64,000 nt of DNA, taken from the NCBI GenBank assembly GCA_041661545.1, contig JBAZUH010000001.1:608148-672147 (forward strand). The letters run 5' to 3'. The first letter of the stretch is position 1, and each line of letters opens with the position of its first letter. The DNA comes from Candidatus Staskawiczbacteria bacterium (GTDB lineage: Bacteria > Patescibacteriota > Minisyncoccia > Minisyncoccales > Staskawiczbacteraceae). Positions 8,130 through 17,823 of the stretch are shown piece by piece. The notes under the pieces are model-generated. The model did no database searches. It was given only the letters and a program-made list of their open reading frames with translations, and was not told where the DNA came from. Position numbers and translations under genes: made by a program.

Positions 8130-11012
8130 ATGGCATATAATTATTCAGAGGAAGAAAAAAAGGTACTACAATTTTGGCAAGAGAATAAAATCTTTGAGAA
8201 GTCTTTAGAGCAGACAAAAAATAAAAAGCCTTTTGTATTTTATGATGGGCCTCCATTTGCTACGGGTGCTCCTCATTATGGGCATTTGTTACAAAGCGTA
8301 GTTAAAGATGCAATTCCTAGATATAAAACAATGAGGGGATTTTATGTTGCCCGTCAGTGGGGTTGGGATTGCCATGGTCTTCCTATAGAAAATATTGTTG
8401 AAAAAGAGCTTGGTACCAAATCTAAAAAAGAGATAGTGGCTATGGGAGTAAAAAAATTCAATGATCTTTGCAGAGATAGGATTTTTACTTTTATGCATGA
8501 ATGGGAAACTATAATTCCGCGATTTGGCAGGTGGGTAGATATGAAAAACTCATACCGCACAATGGATTTTGAATATATGCAATCAGAATGGTGGGCATTT
8601 AAAGAATTATATAAAAAAGGCCTTATATATGAAGATTACAGGTCTATGCACATTTGCCCTAGGTGTGAAACTACACTGAGCCAAGGCGAAGTTGCTGAAG
8701 GGTATAAAAATGTTAAAGATTTGTCGGCTACGGTAAAGTTTAGGGTTAAGCCCAACTCCGCCAAGGCTTCGCTGGGCATGCCAGAAGAAATATTTCTTCT
8801 GGCATGGACAACAACTCCTTGGACTTTGTTTGGTAATGTTGCTTTAGCAATTGGTAAAAAAATAAAATATTTAGTTATAGAAAATAACGGGAACAATTAT
8901 ATTGTTGCAGAAGAAAGATTGGGAATTATTTTTAAAGATAAGGAATATAAAATAGTTAAAAATATTTTAGGAAAAGATTTAATTGGTTTAGAATATGAAC
9001 CTCTTTTTGATTTTTATACTAAAGATGAAAATTTAAATAATTTAAAAAACGGTTGGAAGGTATATGCTGGAGATTTTGTAAATACAGAAGAGGGAACAGG
9101 CGTTGTTCATATAGCACCTGCATTTGGAGCAGATGATATGGCACTTGGTAGAAAAGAAAATTTACCATTTATTCAGCATGTAAAGATGGATGGAACTTTT
9201 AATAAAACAAATGGAGAATTTTCGGGCTTAGATTTAAAACCTCGGGCTAAAGATAAATCAGAAGAAATTCGCGAAGCAGATTTAAGAATAGTTCGTTATT
9301 TAGAAGAGAAGGGGCTATTGTTTGCTTTTGAAAAATATGAGCACTCATATCCTCATTGTTGGAGGTGTGATACAGCTTTATTAAATTATGCTACTGGTTC
9401 ATGGTTTGTTGCAGTTGAAAAAATAAAATCAAAGTTACTAAAAACTGCGAAGAAAATAAATTGGTCACCAGAACATATTAAAGAGGGTAGGTTTGGGCAG
9501 TGGCTAGCTGGTGCAAGAGACTGGTCTATTTCGCGTCAGAGGTTTTGGGCCAACACAATTCCTGTATGGAGGTGCAATAAGTGTAAAAAAGAATTAGTTT
9601 TTGCTTCATCTAAAGAGCTTGAAAAAGTAAGCGGTGTAAAAGTTAATGATTTGCATAAAGATGTGGTTGATGAAGTAGTTTTTAATTGTAAATGTGGCGG
9701 CAAGTTTTTTCGGGTTCCTGATGTACTAGATACTTGGTTTGATTCTGGATCTGTTCCTTTCGCCACAAAAAGACCAATGCCAGCAGATTTTATTGGTGAA
9801 GCTCAAGATCAAACTAGGGCATGGTTTTATTATCAGCACGTATTGTCAGGTGCATTATTTAACAAAGAGGCATTTAAAAATTGTGTTGTAACAGGTATTG
9901 TATTAGCCGAAGATGGGAAAAAAATGTCTAAAAAATTAAAAAATTATCCTAATCCAACAGATGTTATAGAGAAATATGGAGCAGATGCAATGCGTTTTTA
10001 CATGTTAAACTCGCCCGTAGTCCAGGCTGAAAATCTATCTTTTTCCGAAAAAGGCGTTGATGAAATAGCTAAAAAAAATATAAGCAGATTATATAATGTG
10101 TTATCATTTTATGAGTTATATGCAGATGGAACATTAGCTAATAATCAAAGTAAAAATATTCTTGATAAATGGATTATTTCTCGACTTAGAGAGTTAATAA
10201 AAATTTCAACTGAAGGCTATGAAACCTATCAACTTGATGTTGCAGTAAGACCAACTATTGATTTTATTGATGATTTTTCAACGTGGTATTTAAGAAGGTC
10301 GCGTACAAGATTTAAGGGCGGGGAGATGGGATGGGACGAGGTTTCTAAAAGACATGAAGACACGCAAGACGCTCTTGCCACTTTAAGATATGTTTTATAC
10401 ACGTTGGCAAAAGTTATAGCCCCATCAATGCCGTTTTTTGCAGAATATATTTTTCAGAAAACTAAAGAGGCTGGTGATTGTGAAAGTGTGCATTTATCAT
10501 CTTGGCCTGATTCACCCAAAGAAGTATCGCCAGAAATTTTAACAGAAATGTTGGAAGTAAGAAATATAGTCAATTTAGCGTTGGGAGAAAGAATTTTAGC
10601 TGGAATAAAAGTTAAACAACCGTTAGCGAGGTTGAAAGTTAAAAGCTTAAAGTCAAAAGTTTTGGGAGAAGAATTATTGGGTTTAATAAAAGATGAAGTT
10701 AATGTTAAAGAAATTATCTTTTCCGCCCAAGGCGGACCAGCCTCGGGCTGGGAGGTGGAGTTAGACACACATATTACCCCAGAATTAAGAGAGGAGGGCT
10801 TACTTCGAGAGATAATAAGAGCAGTGCAAGCCGAAAGAAAAGAACAAAAATTAATGCCCCAAGATAAGATTTCTGTTGAATTAATTGTGCCCCAAAAAGA
10901 GAAAGATATTATAGAAAAAAATAAAGAGTTTTTGTTAAAAGAATTTAAAGCCATAGAAATTTCTACTCAGTTGGGCGATGAAATTATAATAAAAATAAGT
11001 TCTATTAAATGA
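8130..11012 (+). CDS. ileS: Isoleucine--tRNA ligase
   Basis: PPFATGAPHYGHLL (HIGH), WDCHGLPIE, WTTTPWTL, KMSKKLKN (KMSKS), 960 aa. Confidence 0.95.
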   Translation: MAYNYSEEEKKVLQFWQENKIFEKSLEQTKNKKPFVFYDGPPFATGAPHYGHLLQSVVKDAIPRYKTMRGFYVARQWGWDCHGLPIENIVEKELGTKSKKEIVAMGVKKFNDLCRDRIFTFMHEWETIIPRFGRWVDMKNSYRTMDFEYMQSEWWAFKELYKKGLIYEDYRSMHICPRCETTLSQGEVAEGYKNVKDLSATVKFRVKPNSAKASLGMPEEIFLLAWTTTPWTLFGNVALAIGKKIKYLVIENNGNNYIVAEERLGIIFKDKEYKIVKNILGKDLIGLEYEPLFDFYTKDENLNNLKNGWKVYAGDFVNTEEGTGVVHIAPAFGADDMALGRKENLPFIQHVKMDGTFNKTNGEFSGLDLKPRAKDKSEEIREADLRIVRYLEEKGLLFAFEKYEHSYPHCWRCDTALLNYATGSWFVAVEKIKSKLLKTAKKINWSPEHIKEGRFGQWLAGARDWSISRQRFWANTIPVWRCNKCKKELVFASSKELEKVSGVKVNDLHKDVVDEVVFNCKCGGKFFRVPDVLDTWFDSGSVPFATKRPMPADFIGEAQDQTRAWFYYQHVLSGALFNKEAFKNCVVTGIVLAEDGKKMSKKLKNYPNPTDVIEKYGADAMRFYMLNSPVVQAENLSFSEKGVDEIAKKNISRLYNVLSFYELYADGTLANNQSKNILDKWIISRLRELIKISTEGYETYQLDVAVRPTIDFIDDFSTWYLRRSRTRFKGGEMGWDEVSKRHEDTQDALATLRYVLYTLAKVIAPSMPFFAEYIFQKTKEAGDCESVHLSSWPDSPKEVSPEILTEMLEVRNIVNLALGERILAGIKVKQPLARLKVKSLKSKVLGEELLGLIKDEVNVKEIIFSAQGGPASGWEVELDTHITPELREEGLLREIIRAVQAERKEQKLMPQDKISVELIVPQKEKDIIEKNKEFLLKEFKAIEISTQLGDEIIIKISSIK
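8751..8783. repeat. GC-rich mini-element, in frame inside ileS (copy I1)
   Basis: cccaactccgccaaggcttcgctgggcatgcc encodes PNSAKASLGMP. It shares the cgccaagg(c/t)ttcg core with the tsaC copy at 35544. Confidence 0.6.
8777..8806. repeat. Perfect 30-bp palindrome inside ileS
   Basis: CATGCCAGAAGAAAT|ATTTCTTCTGGCATG. I checked all 15 base pairs by hand. Confidence 0.9.
10723..10760. repeat. GC-rich double-hairpin mini-element, in frame inside ileS (copy I2)
   Basis: CCGCC-caa-GGCGG followed by CCAGCC-tcg-GGCTGG, encoding SAQGGPASGWEV. Confidence 0.6.
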
Positions 11013-11890
11013 TGAATATAGATTTTGTATTTTTAAAAGATATTGATTTTACTAATCGCGATAATCTGTTATTTTTAGTTATAGCTTCGCTTTTAATTTT
11101 AATTGTTTTAGTGACTATAACTTTATTGATAGTAAAATTTGTAATTATAATAAGAAATTTAACTAGAAAAATTTTTGGGATTAAAAAAAATAAATCTCAA
11201 CTTAATAAAAAGACGAATATAGACACTCAGGTTGTCAATGGCGAGGTTGCACAACAAAAAATTATGGGAGGAAATTTTATAGAAAATGCTTTAATAAATA
11301 ATAAAAAATCTTCTGATGATAAAAATGATAAAATTAATGACGACCACGAATATAAAAAACCAACAGTTGATGTTAATTTCAAAATTGGAGAAAAAAAAGT
11401 TGAAGGCAAGATAGATCCAAGAGATTCTTATAAGGAAAAAGAAAGTAAAAGCATATCAGACAGTTTAAGTAAATTAACAAATGGAAAAAATATTAATAAA
11501 GATGCTCTAGGGTTAAAAGTTCCATCGAGGGTGGAAGAAAATGGAAAAGATTTGGTTGGGGGTTCTATAAATAATAAAAATAAAGATTATTCTATATTTG
11601 GAGATAAAAAAGAGATTTCTAGGGTAAAATTAAGACATAAGTTGAGGTATGATTCTAAAATATATGAAGCACAAAAAGAGGCTGGATTATATAATTTTGA
11701 TAGAGCAACACGCGAAAAATTAGAAAAAGAAGTTTTTGATCCCGTTTATGGAAGAAATATTTCTAAAACAGATTTAAATTTAAGCATAAAAAAACTTGGT
11801 CGTAAAATGCTTGATACTAAAGATCCTGTTCAGCATGCAAAGATAAGAAAGGAAATAAAATTTTTCAAGAAAATTGGAGGAATAAAATGA
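11009..11890 (+). CDS. Hypothetical membrane-anchored Lys/Asn-rich protein
   Basis: One N-terminal hydrophobic helix (LLFLVIASLLILIVLVTITLLIV) followed by a low-complexity charged region. The start overlaps the ileS stop (ATGA). Confidence 0.5.
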   Translation: MMNIDFVFLKDIDFTNRDNLLFLVIASLLILIVLVTITLLIVKFVIIIRNLTRKIFGIKKNKSQLNKKTNIDTQVVNGEVAQQKIMGGNFIENALINNKKSSDDKNDKINDDHEYKKPTVDVNFKIGEKKVEGKIDPRDSYKEKESKSISDSLSKLTNGKNINKDALGLKVPSRVEENGKDLVGGSINNKNKDYSIFGDKKEISRVKLRHKLRYDSKIYEAQKEAGLYNFDRATREKLEKEVFDPVYGRNISKTDLNLSIKKLGRKMLDTKDPVQHAKIRKEIKFFKKIGGIK

Positions 11891-12627
11891 CGACTAAATA
11901 TAAAACACAAGCAATTATTTTTGAAAAAAATAATATAAATGAGTTTGATAGAATTTTTTCTGTTTTTACTAATAGCTTTGGAAAACTAGATATTTTTGCT
12001 AAAGCAATAAGAAAAATTCCGTCTAAATTAAGAAGTGGAATTGATACCTTTTTTTTGTCAGAAATAGAGTTTGTACAAGGCAAAAGCAAAAAAACTTTAA
12101 CAGATGCTGTTGCAATAGAAAGATTTAATAATATATTTAGTGATATAGAAAAACTTAAGGTAGCAACTAATATTAGAGAGGTATTGAATAAATTTATAAA
12201 AGGAGAAGAAAGAGACAGTATTTTATTTGATTTATTAATAGATTCTTTTTATAGGTTAAATAGTGACAATTTAAAGAGAGAGAAGTGTAATTTAGTGTAT
12301 TATTATTTTTTGTGGAATACTTTATCTATTTTAGGTTATCATCCTGAAGTTAATAATTGCGCAGGTTGTCATGGAAAATTAATGCCAGATCAGGTTTATT
12401 TTTCTGGCAAAGATGGAGGGGTTATTTGTGCCGAATGCGTAAGAGTAAAGAAAAATTATCCTGAGCTATATAGAAAGATAAACTCTGATGTAGTAAAGAT
12501 ATTGAGAATTATCTTACTCAAAGATTGGCAAACATTGTTTAGATTAAAAATTGAATTATCAACCGAAAAATTATTACTAGAAATTTCAGAAGATATTATT
12601 AGTAAATTTTGCCCCAATAATTATTAA
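11887..12627 (+). CDS. recO: DNA repair protein RecO
   Basis: A RecO-like N-terminal OB region (QAIIFEKNNINEFDRIFSVFTNSFGKLDIFAKAIRK) and a zinc finger CAGCHGK...CAEC. Confidence 0.8.
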   Translation: MTTKYKTQAIIFEKNNINEFDRIFSVFTNSFGKLDIFAKAIRKIPSKLRSGIDTFFLSEIEFVQGKSKKTLTDAVAIERFNNIFSDIEKLKVATNIREVLNKFIKGEERDSILFDLLIDSFYRLNSDNLKREKCNLVYYYFLWNTLSILGYHPEVNNCAGCHGKLMPDQVYFSGKDGGVICAECVRVKKNYPELYRKINSDVVKILRIILLKDWQTLFRLKIELSTEKLLLEISEDIISKFCPNNY

Positions 12628-12639
12628 AAACAAAATAAA

Positions 12640-13806
12640 ATGAAAAAAAATAATTTTATATATTTAATATCTTTAGTATTAAGCGCTTTATTTTTAAGAT
12701 TTTATATGGGCACCTTTCTAGAAGAGAGTGTCGATGTTTGGTTAAAAATTGTAGCAATTATTGTAATAATTGGAGCCGGAGCATTTTTTGTTTTAAAAGG
12801 TATAGCAAAAATAATAGAAGAAACAACATCGGTTTTAAGTCATAGAACCAAAATAGCTAGTGGCCTTTTGCAATCTCTTGGCACAGCTTTTCCAGATATG
12901 GTTTTGGGTATTGTGTCTGCGGTGATAAGTTTAAGTTTGATAAAAGAAGATTATGGATTGGCAATAAACTTTGCTATTATAGCTGCATCAACCACGTTTG
13001 GCTCTAATATTTATAATATTGGGCATGCAGCATGGTGTGTTTTTAGACAAAATGTTTCTAATAGTAGAGAATCTTTAGTGGAAATGGTGCCTGGCATTAA
13101 AATGATGGGAAGAGTAACTCCAATGAAAGATCACAAAAGAAAACCATCGTTAAAAGAGATAGACTCCTCTTTAGATATTTTAAATGTTTTAACCGTTTTA
13201 ACAGCATTTGTTGTTATAGCAATGGTAATTTTTGGTCAAGTTAAAAATCCACCAGCAAATATGTCGGGCGATCTTTATCAACTTATAAAGCCAGTTGGAT
13301 TTGTTATTTTTTTCACATGTATTTTTATAATGTATTATTTTAGAAAAACCAGACGAGACGTTGCTTCTACAGAAGAAATTGAAAAAGAAGAAAAATATTT
13401 TGATAAAAAATCTACATTAACAATAATGTCATATTTAATAGTTTCAGGAGTAGCAATATTATTTGCAGCTGAAGCGATGATAAGAGCTGTAGAAGTTTTT
13501 TGCGATATTACTGGTACGCCATTTGTAATTGCTGGAGTTTTGGCAGGAGTTATAGGCTGTATAGGAGAAATGATTGTGGTTCACAATTTTACAGTAAATC
13601 CAAAAGGAAGAATTGGGGATGCCTTAGTTGGCGTTGCAATGGATAATATAGTTACTACTATGGGAGCTTCTATTGTTGCTATAATGGGAGGAATATTTTT
13701 AGGAGGCAACTCTTTAATCCTTATTTTTGTAATAATTTTGGCTTTAAACACTGTTTTAATATGGCAAATTTCAAAATTAAAAAATTATTTTTTAAAGTAT
13801 AATTAA
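12640..13806 (+). CDS. Ca2+/cation antiporter (CaCA) family membrane protein, putative
   Basis: A multi-TM protein with alpha-repeat-like motifs GTAFPDMVLGIVSA and TTFGSNIYNIG. Confidence 0.55.
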   Translation: MKKNNFIYLISLVLSALFLRFYMGTFLEESVDVWLKIVAIIVIIGAGAFFVLKGIAKIIEETTSVLSHRTKIASGLLQSLGTAFPDMVLGIVSAVISLSLIKEDYGLAINFAIIAASTTFGSNIYNIGHAAWCVFRQNVSNSRESLVEMVPGIKMMGRVTPMKDHKRKPSLKEIDSSLDILNVLTVLTAFVVIAMVIFGQVKNPPANMSGDLYQLIKPVGFVIFFTCIFIMYYFRKTRRDVASTEEIEKEEKYFDKKSTLTIMSYLIVSGVAILFAAEAMIRAVEVFCDITGTPFVIAGVLAGVIGCIGEMIVVHNFTVNPKGRIGDALVGVAMDNIVTTMGASIVAIMGGIFLGGNSLILIFVIILALNTVLIWQISKLKNYFLKYN

Positions 13807-13824
13807 TAGTTTAAATTTAAGCAA

Positions 13825-15102
13825 ATGAATAAAAAAGTTATTTTTATTATATTTATAATTATTGTTTTAGGCATAGGAGCATTTTTATATTATAAAGGCG
13901 CAATATTTTCTAAAGAGGTTTTAAAGTTAGATATTTTAGGACCAGAAACAGCTCAAGTGGGAGAAGAGGTAGAATATACGGTGCAGTATAAAAATAACGG
14001 CAAATTTATTTTAGAAAAACCAAAACTAATTTTTGACTTACCAGAAAATTCTTTAACAGAAGATGGAAAAACAAAATTTGTGCAAAACTTAAATGATATA
14101 TATCCTGGAGCATTAGAGTTTGTAAAATTTAAAGGAAGATTATTAGGTAAAGACGGAGATTTAAAAACCGCAAAAGCAGTTATTTCTTATACTCCTAAAA
14201 ATATAACCGTTAGATATGAGTCAGAAACAACATTTATAACTAAAATAGATGCCAATCTTATTACCTTGAGTTTTGATTTGCCTACTAAAATAGAGCAGGG
14301 AGAAAGTTTGCAATACGCAATAAATTATTTTTCTAATATAGATTATCCGTTAGATAGCCTTAGTATTAAAATTGAACCAACATCTGAATTTAAAATTATT
14401 TCTGCTAGTCCTAAATCTTTAGATAATATGGAATGGAAATTAGAAACATTAAATAAAGCAGAAGGCGGAAGGATTAATATTTCTGGAGATGTTTTAGCAA
14501 GCGCAGGTCAACCACTTATATTTTCAACATCATTGGGAAGATGGAAAAATGGAAATTTTATTATAATTAAACAAGTTACATCTCAAGTACAGGTGTCTAA
14601 ACCATCTTTGTCTATATCTCAAAGGGCATATTATTATGATTCTGATATTCAAAACTCAGGGCCAATTCCTCCTCAAGTTAGCGAGCCTACCACATATACC
14701 ATAGGTTGGGAAATTAATAATTATTTTAAAGGTGTAAAAAATGTTAAGGTGCGGGCGGTTTTACCAGAAAATATTAACTTAACAGGGCAAATTGCGCCGA
14801 TAAGCCAAGTATCAAAATTTTCATTTGATTCTATTAGCAGGGAGATTGTTTGGTTTGCGGGGGACATAGGAGCAAATGCAGATATAACAGCTCCGACAAA
14901 ATTCTATTTTCAAGTTTCTTTAACTCCAAATGAATCACAAAAAGGCAGTGTGGCCCCACTTATTGGTGTTGTGCAAATTTCTGGAGAAAATGAATTTGTA
15001 GATACTCCAATTACATCACAATATTTAGAATTAGACACTGGCTCGCCCGATGATGTTAATAGTGGAATAGTTGTAGCAAGACCACCCAACCCCCTAGATT
15101 AA
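13825..15102 (+). CDS. Hypothetical exported/anchored protein with DUF11/CARDB-like repeats
   Basis: An N-terminal TM/signal anchor and beta-rich repeats (LDILGPETAQVGEEVEYTVQYKNNG). Confidence 0.45.
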   Translation: MNKKVIFIIFIIIVLGIGAFLYYKGAIFSKEVLKLDILGPETAQVGEEVEYTVQYKNNGKFILEKPKLIFDLPENSLTEDGKTKFVQNLNDIYPGALEFVKFKGRLLGKDGDLKTAKAVISYTPKNITVRYESETTFITKIDANLITLSFDLPTKIEQGESLQYAINYFSNIDYPLDSLSIKIEPTSEFKIISASPKSLDNMEWKLETLNKAEGGRINISGDVLASAGQPLIFSTSLGRWKNGNFIIIKQVTSQVQVSKPSLSISQRAYYYDSDIQNSGPIPPQVSEPTTYTIGWEINNYFKGVKNVKVRAVLPENINLTGQIAPISQVSKFSFDSISREIVWFAGDIGANADITAPTKFYFQVSLTPNESQKGSVAPLIGVVQISGENEFVDTPITSQYLELDTGSPDDVNSGIVVARPPNPLD

Positions 15103-15180
15103 GTTGACAAAAAATTAATTATGGCTAATGTTATATTATGAGTGAATGGTTCGCTCATTGAAAACCAAAGGAGAGATGCC

Positions 15181-15747
15181 ATGAAAAGACTTGCCGTATT
15201 TGTTTCAGGGATAGGCTCCCTGCTTGAGGCAATGATTAAGGACGGTCTTGATATCGACCTTGTCCTGACTGATCGAGAATGCCGCGGACAAGATATCGCA
15301 GTGGGCGCAGGGATAGGCCTTTTAACTATAAATCGTAGTGAATTTGGACTTAGACGTGATTTCGATCGCTTCACATACACACATGAAGTTACTCGTATGC
15401 TGAGGGTGTATGGCATTGATTTTATTGCTATGGCGGGATTTATGACGGTGTTGCACCCATATATTTTTAAGCAAGGATTTAAGGGTAGAATTCTTAATAC
15501 CCACCCCGCATTGTTGCCCGCCTTCAAAGGTGATCATGCAGTTCGTGATGCATTGGCCTGTGGCGTAAAGGTTACCGGTTGCACAATTCACATTGCCACC
15601 GAAGAACTTGACGCAGGTAAAATCCTTGCCCAAGAAGCAGTGCCGGTTTTACCCGATGACACCGAGGCAACCCTTCACGAGCGCATTAAGCAAGTTGAGC
15701 GCGTGCTTTACCCGCGCACCATTCGCGAATTCGCGGAAACTTTGTAG
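15181..15747 (+). CDS. purN: Phosphoribosylglycinamide formyltransferase-like formyltransferase
   Basis: LAVFVSGIGSLLEA and NTHPALLPAFKGDHAVRDALACGVKVTGCTIHIATEELDAGKILAQ. An AAAGGAGAG SD precedes the ATG at 15181. The gene is clearly more GC-rich than its neighbours. Confidence 0.8.
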   Translation: MKRLAVFVSGIGSLLEAMIKDGLDIDLVLTDRECRGQDIAVGAGIGLLTINRSEFGLRRDFDRFTYTHEVTRMLRVYGIDFIAMAGFMTVLHPYIFKQGFKGRILNTHPALLPAFKGDHAVRDALACGVKVTGCTIHIATEELDAGKILAQEAVPVLPDDTEATLHERIKQVERVLYPRTIREFAETL

Positions 15748-15863
15748 TAGGCCTTTGCTGATAGCATCGGCTCTTTTTTTATAAAAATTAAAGGATATAT
15801 TGAAATTAGGACTTTTAAAGGGTAAGATAAATTAAAATTGAATATTAAGAGCAAATTAAATAT

Positions 15864-17150
15864 ATGAAAAATAATAGCGATTTAATGGAGAAAATTATAT
15901 CTTTGTGTAAAAGACGTGGTTTTATATTTCCTGGTTCAGAAATTTATGGTGGGTTAGCAAACTCTTTTGATTATGGACCCCTAGGAGTTGAATTAAAAAA
16001 TAATATAAAAAATGCTTGGTGGAAAAGATTTGTGCATCAAAGAGATGATATGGTTGGTATTGATGCAGCTTTAATAATGAATCCAAAAGTTTGGCAGGCT
16101 TCGGGGCACTTAGAAAATTTTTCTGATCCTTTAGTAGAGTGTAAAAAATGTCATCATAGGTTTCGTGAAGATACACTTGAAAGCAAAACTTGTCTCGATT
16201 GCAAAGGAGAATTAATGTCTGCAAAGCAATTTAATTTAATGTTAAAAACATTCCTTGGGCCAGTAGAAGATGAATCTGGAGTTGTTTATTTTAGGCCAGA
16301 AACTGCTCAGGCAATGTTTGTTGATTTTAAAAATGTTTTAAATACTTCTCGAAAAAAATTGCCATTTGGTATAGCTCAAATTGGAAAAGCTTTTAGAAAT
16401 GAAATAACTCCTGGAAATTTTATTTTTAGAACTCGCGAGTTTGAGCAAATGGAAATAGAATATTTTATTAAAGAAGAAGATTGGAAAAAAGTTTTTAAAG
16501 AATGGCAAGAAGAAATGTGGTTGTGGATGACCGATGTGCTTGGTTTAGATAAAAAAAATATTCATGAGCTAGACGTAGCTGATGGTGAGCGAGCTCATTA
16601 CTCTAAAAAAACAATTGATTTTGAATATGAATATCCTTTTGGAAGAAAAGAGCTCTATGGATTAGCTTACCGCACAGATTTTGATTTAAAAAATCATTTT
16701 AAAGAGGCGCCTTATGAAGATGTAGATACAAAAGAAAAATTATATCCACATGTTATAGAGCCAACATGGGGCGTAGACAGGTCGGTTTTAGCAGTATTGT
16801 GTGAATCATATGTAGAGGAGCCAGAAAGAATTGTTTTAAAATTAAAACCAAGCTTGGCGCCATATAAAGTTGCAGTATTTCCTCTTTTAAAAAATAAACC
16901 AGAGTTAGTTGAAAAAGCCCAAGAAATTTATCATATGTTAAAACAGAACTTTAATGTAGCATTTGATGATAGGGGTAATATTGGAAAAAGATATTACAGT
17001 CAAGATGAGATAGGAACTCCATTTTGTGTAACAATTGACTTTGATACCTTAGAAAATGAAGAAGTAACTGTTAGAGATAGGGATACTACCAAGCAAGAAA
17101 AAGTAAAAATAAAAGATTTATCATCTTTTTTAAATGCAAAAATTAGATAA
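15864..17150 (+). CDS. glyQS: Glycine--tRNA ligase (dimeric class II type)
   Basis: LCKRRGFIFPGSEIYGGLANSFDYGPLGVELKNNIKNAWW. Confidence 0.92.
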   Translation: MKNNSDLMEKIISLCKRRGFIFPGSEIYGGLANSFDYGPLGVELKNNIKNAWWKRFVHQRDDMVGIDAALIMNPKVWQASGHLENFSDPLVECKKCHHRFREDTLESKTCLDCKGELMSAKQFNLMLKTFLGPVEDESGVVYFRPETAQAMFVDFKNVLNTSRKKLPFGIAQIGKAFRNEITPGNFIFRTREFEQMEIEYFIKEEDWKKVFKEWQEEMWLWMTDVLGLDKKNIHELDVADGERAHYSKKTIDFEYEYPFGRKELYGLAYRTDFDLKNHFKEAPYEDVDTKEKLYPHVIEPTWGVDRSVLAVLCESYVEEPERIVLKLKPSLAPYKVAVFPLLKNKPELVEKAQEIYHMLKQNFNVAFDDRGNIGKRYYSQDEIGTPFCVTIDFDTLENEEVTVRDRDTTKQEKVKIKDLSSFLNAKIR

Positions 17151-17823
17151 ATATAAAGAAAAAATTGCCGCAATTGTCCCCGCGTTAAACGAAGAGGCTA
17201 ATATAGAAAAAGTTCTAAAGATCCTTTTAACTTCAGAGCATTTAGACGAGATTATTTTAGTTGATGATGGCTCGGTTGATAAAACTGCAGAAATTGGCGA
17301 GAAATTAGGGGTTAAAATTATAAAATTAAATAAAGCTGGGGGAGGTGGTAAAGGCAACGCAATGAGAGAAGGCGTGCTAGCGACTGACGCAAAAATTATT
17401 ACTTTTTTTGATGCAGATTTAATAGGTTTATCTCACGAACATATTTATTCGTTGATTCAACCAATAGTAGAAGAAGATATTAAAATGTGCGTTGGGGTGA
17501 GGGGCAGATTATTTGGATTGCCAAAACTAATTGCCAAAATAGACCCATTAATGGCTATAGGTGGAGAAAGAGCTATAAGAAGAGAATTATTTGAAAAAAT
17601 CTCTGGTAAATTTATAGAAGGTTTTGCAATTGAACCAACGCTAAACTATTATTGCAAATCAAAAAAAATACCCACAAAACATGTGTCTTTAAAAAATTTA
17701 GATGTAATAACCAAAGAAAGAAAGCGGGGTTTTATTAATGGTTTTATATCAAGATTAAAAATGATATTAGAAATTATAAAAATAAGATTAAGATTTATAT
17801 TTAACAAAAATGAATTTATATAA
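17134..17823 (+). CDS. Family 2 glycosyltransferase
   Basis: AIVPALNEEANIEKVL...VDDGSVDKT and a DAD motif (FFDADL). Confidence 0.75.
   Translation: MQKLDKYKEKIAAIVPALNEEANIEKVLKILLTSEHLDEIILVDDGSVDKTAEIGEKLGVKIIKLNKAGGGGKGNAMREGVLATDAKIITFFDADLIGLSHEHIYSLIQPIVEEDIKMCVGVRGRLFGLPKLIAKIDPLMAIGGERAIRRELFEKISGKFIEGFAIEPTLNYYCKSKKIPTKHVSLKNLDVITKERKRGFINGFISRLKMILEIIKIRLRFIFNKNEFI

Noticed and set aside
15099-15633. Minus-strand ORFs 15099..15527 and 15322..15633, plus 15593..15784(+), in the purN region. Likewise 61316..61525(-) and 61390..61617(+).
   Set aside because: GC-rich DNA has few stop codons in any frame. The purN-like and CA-like frames carry real motifs and these ORFs do not.
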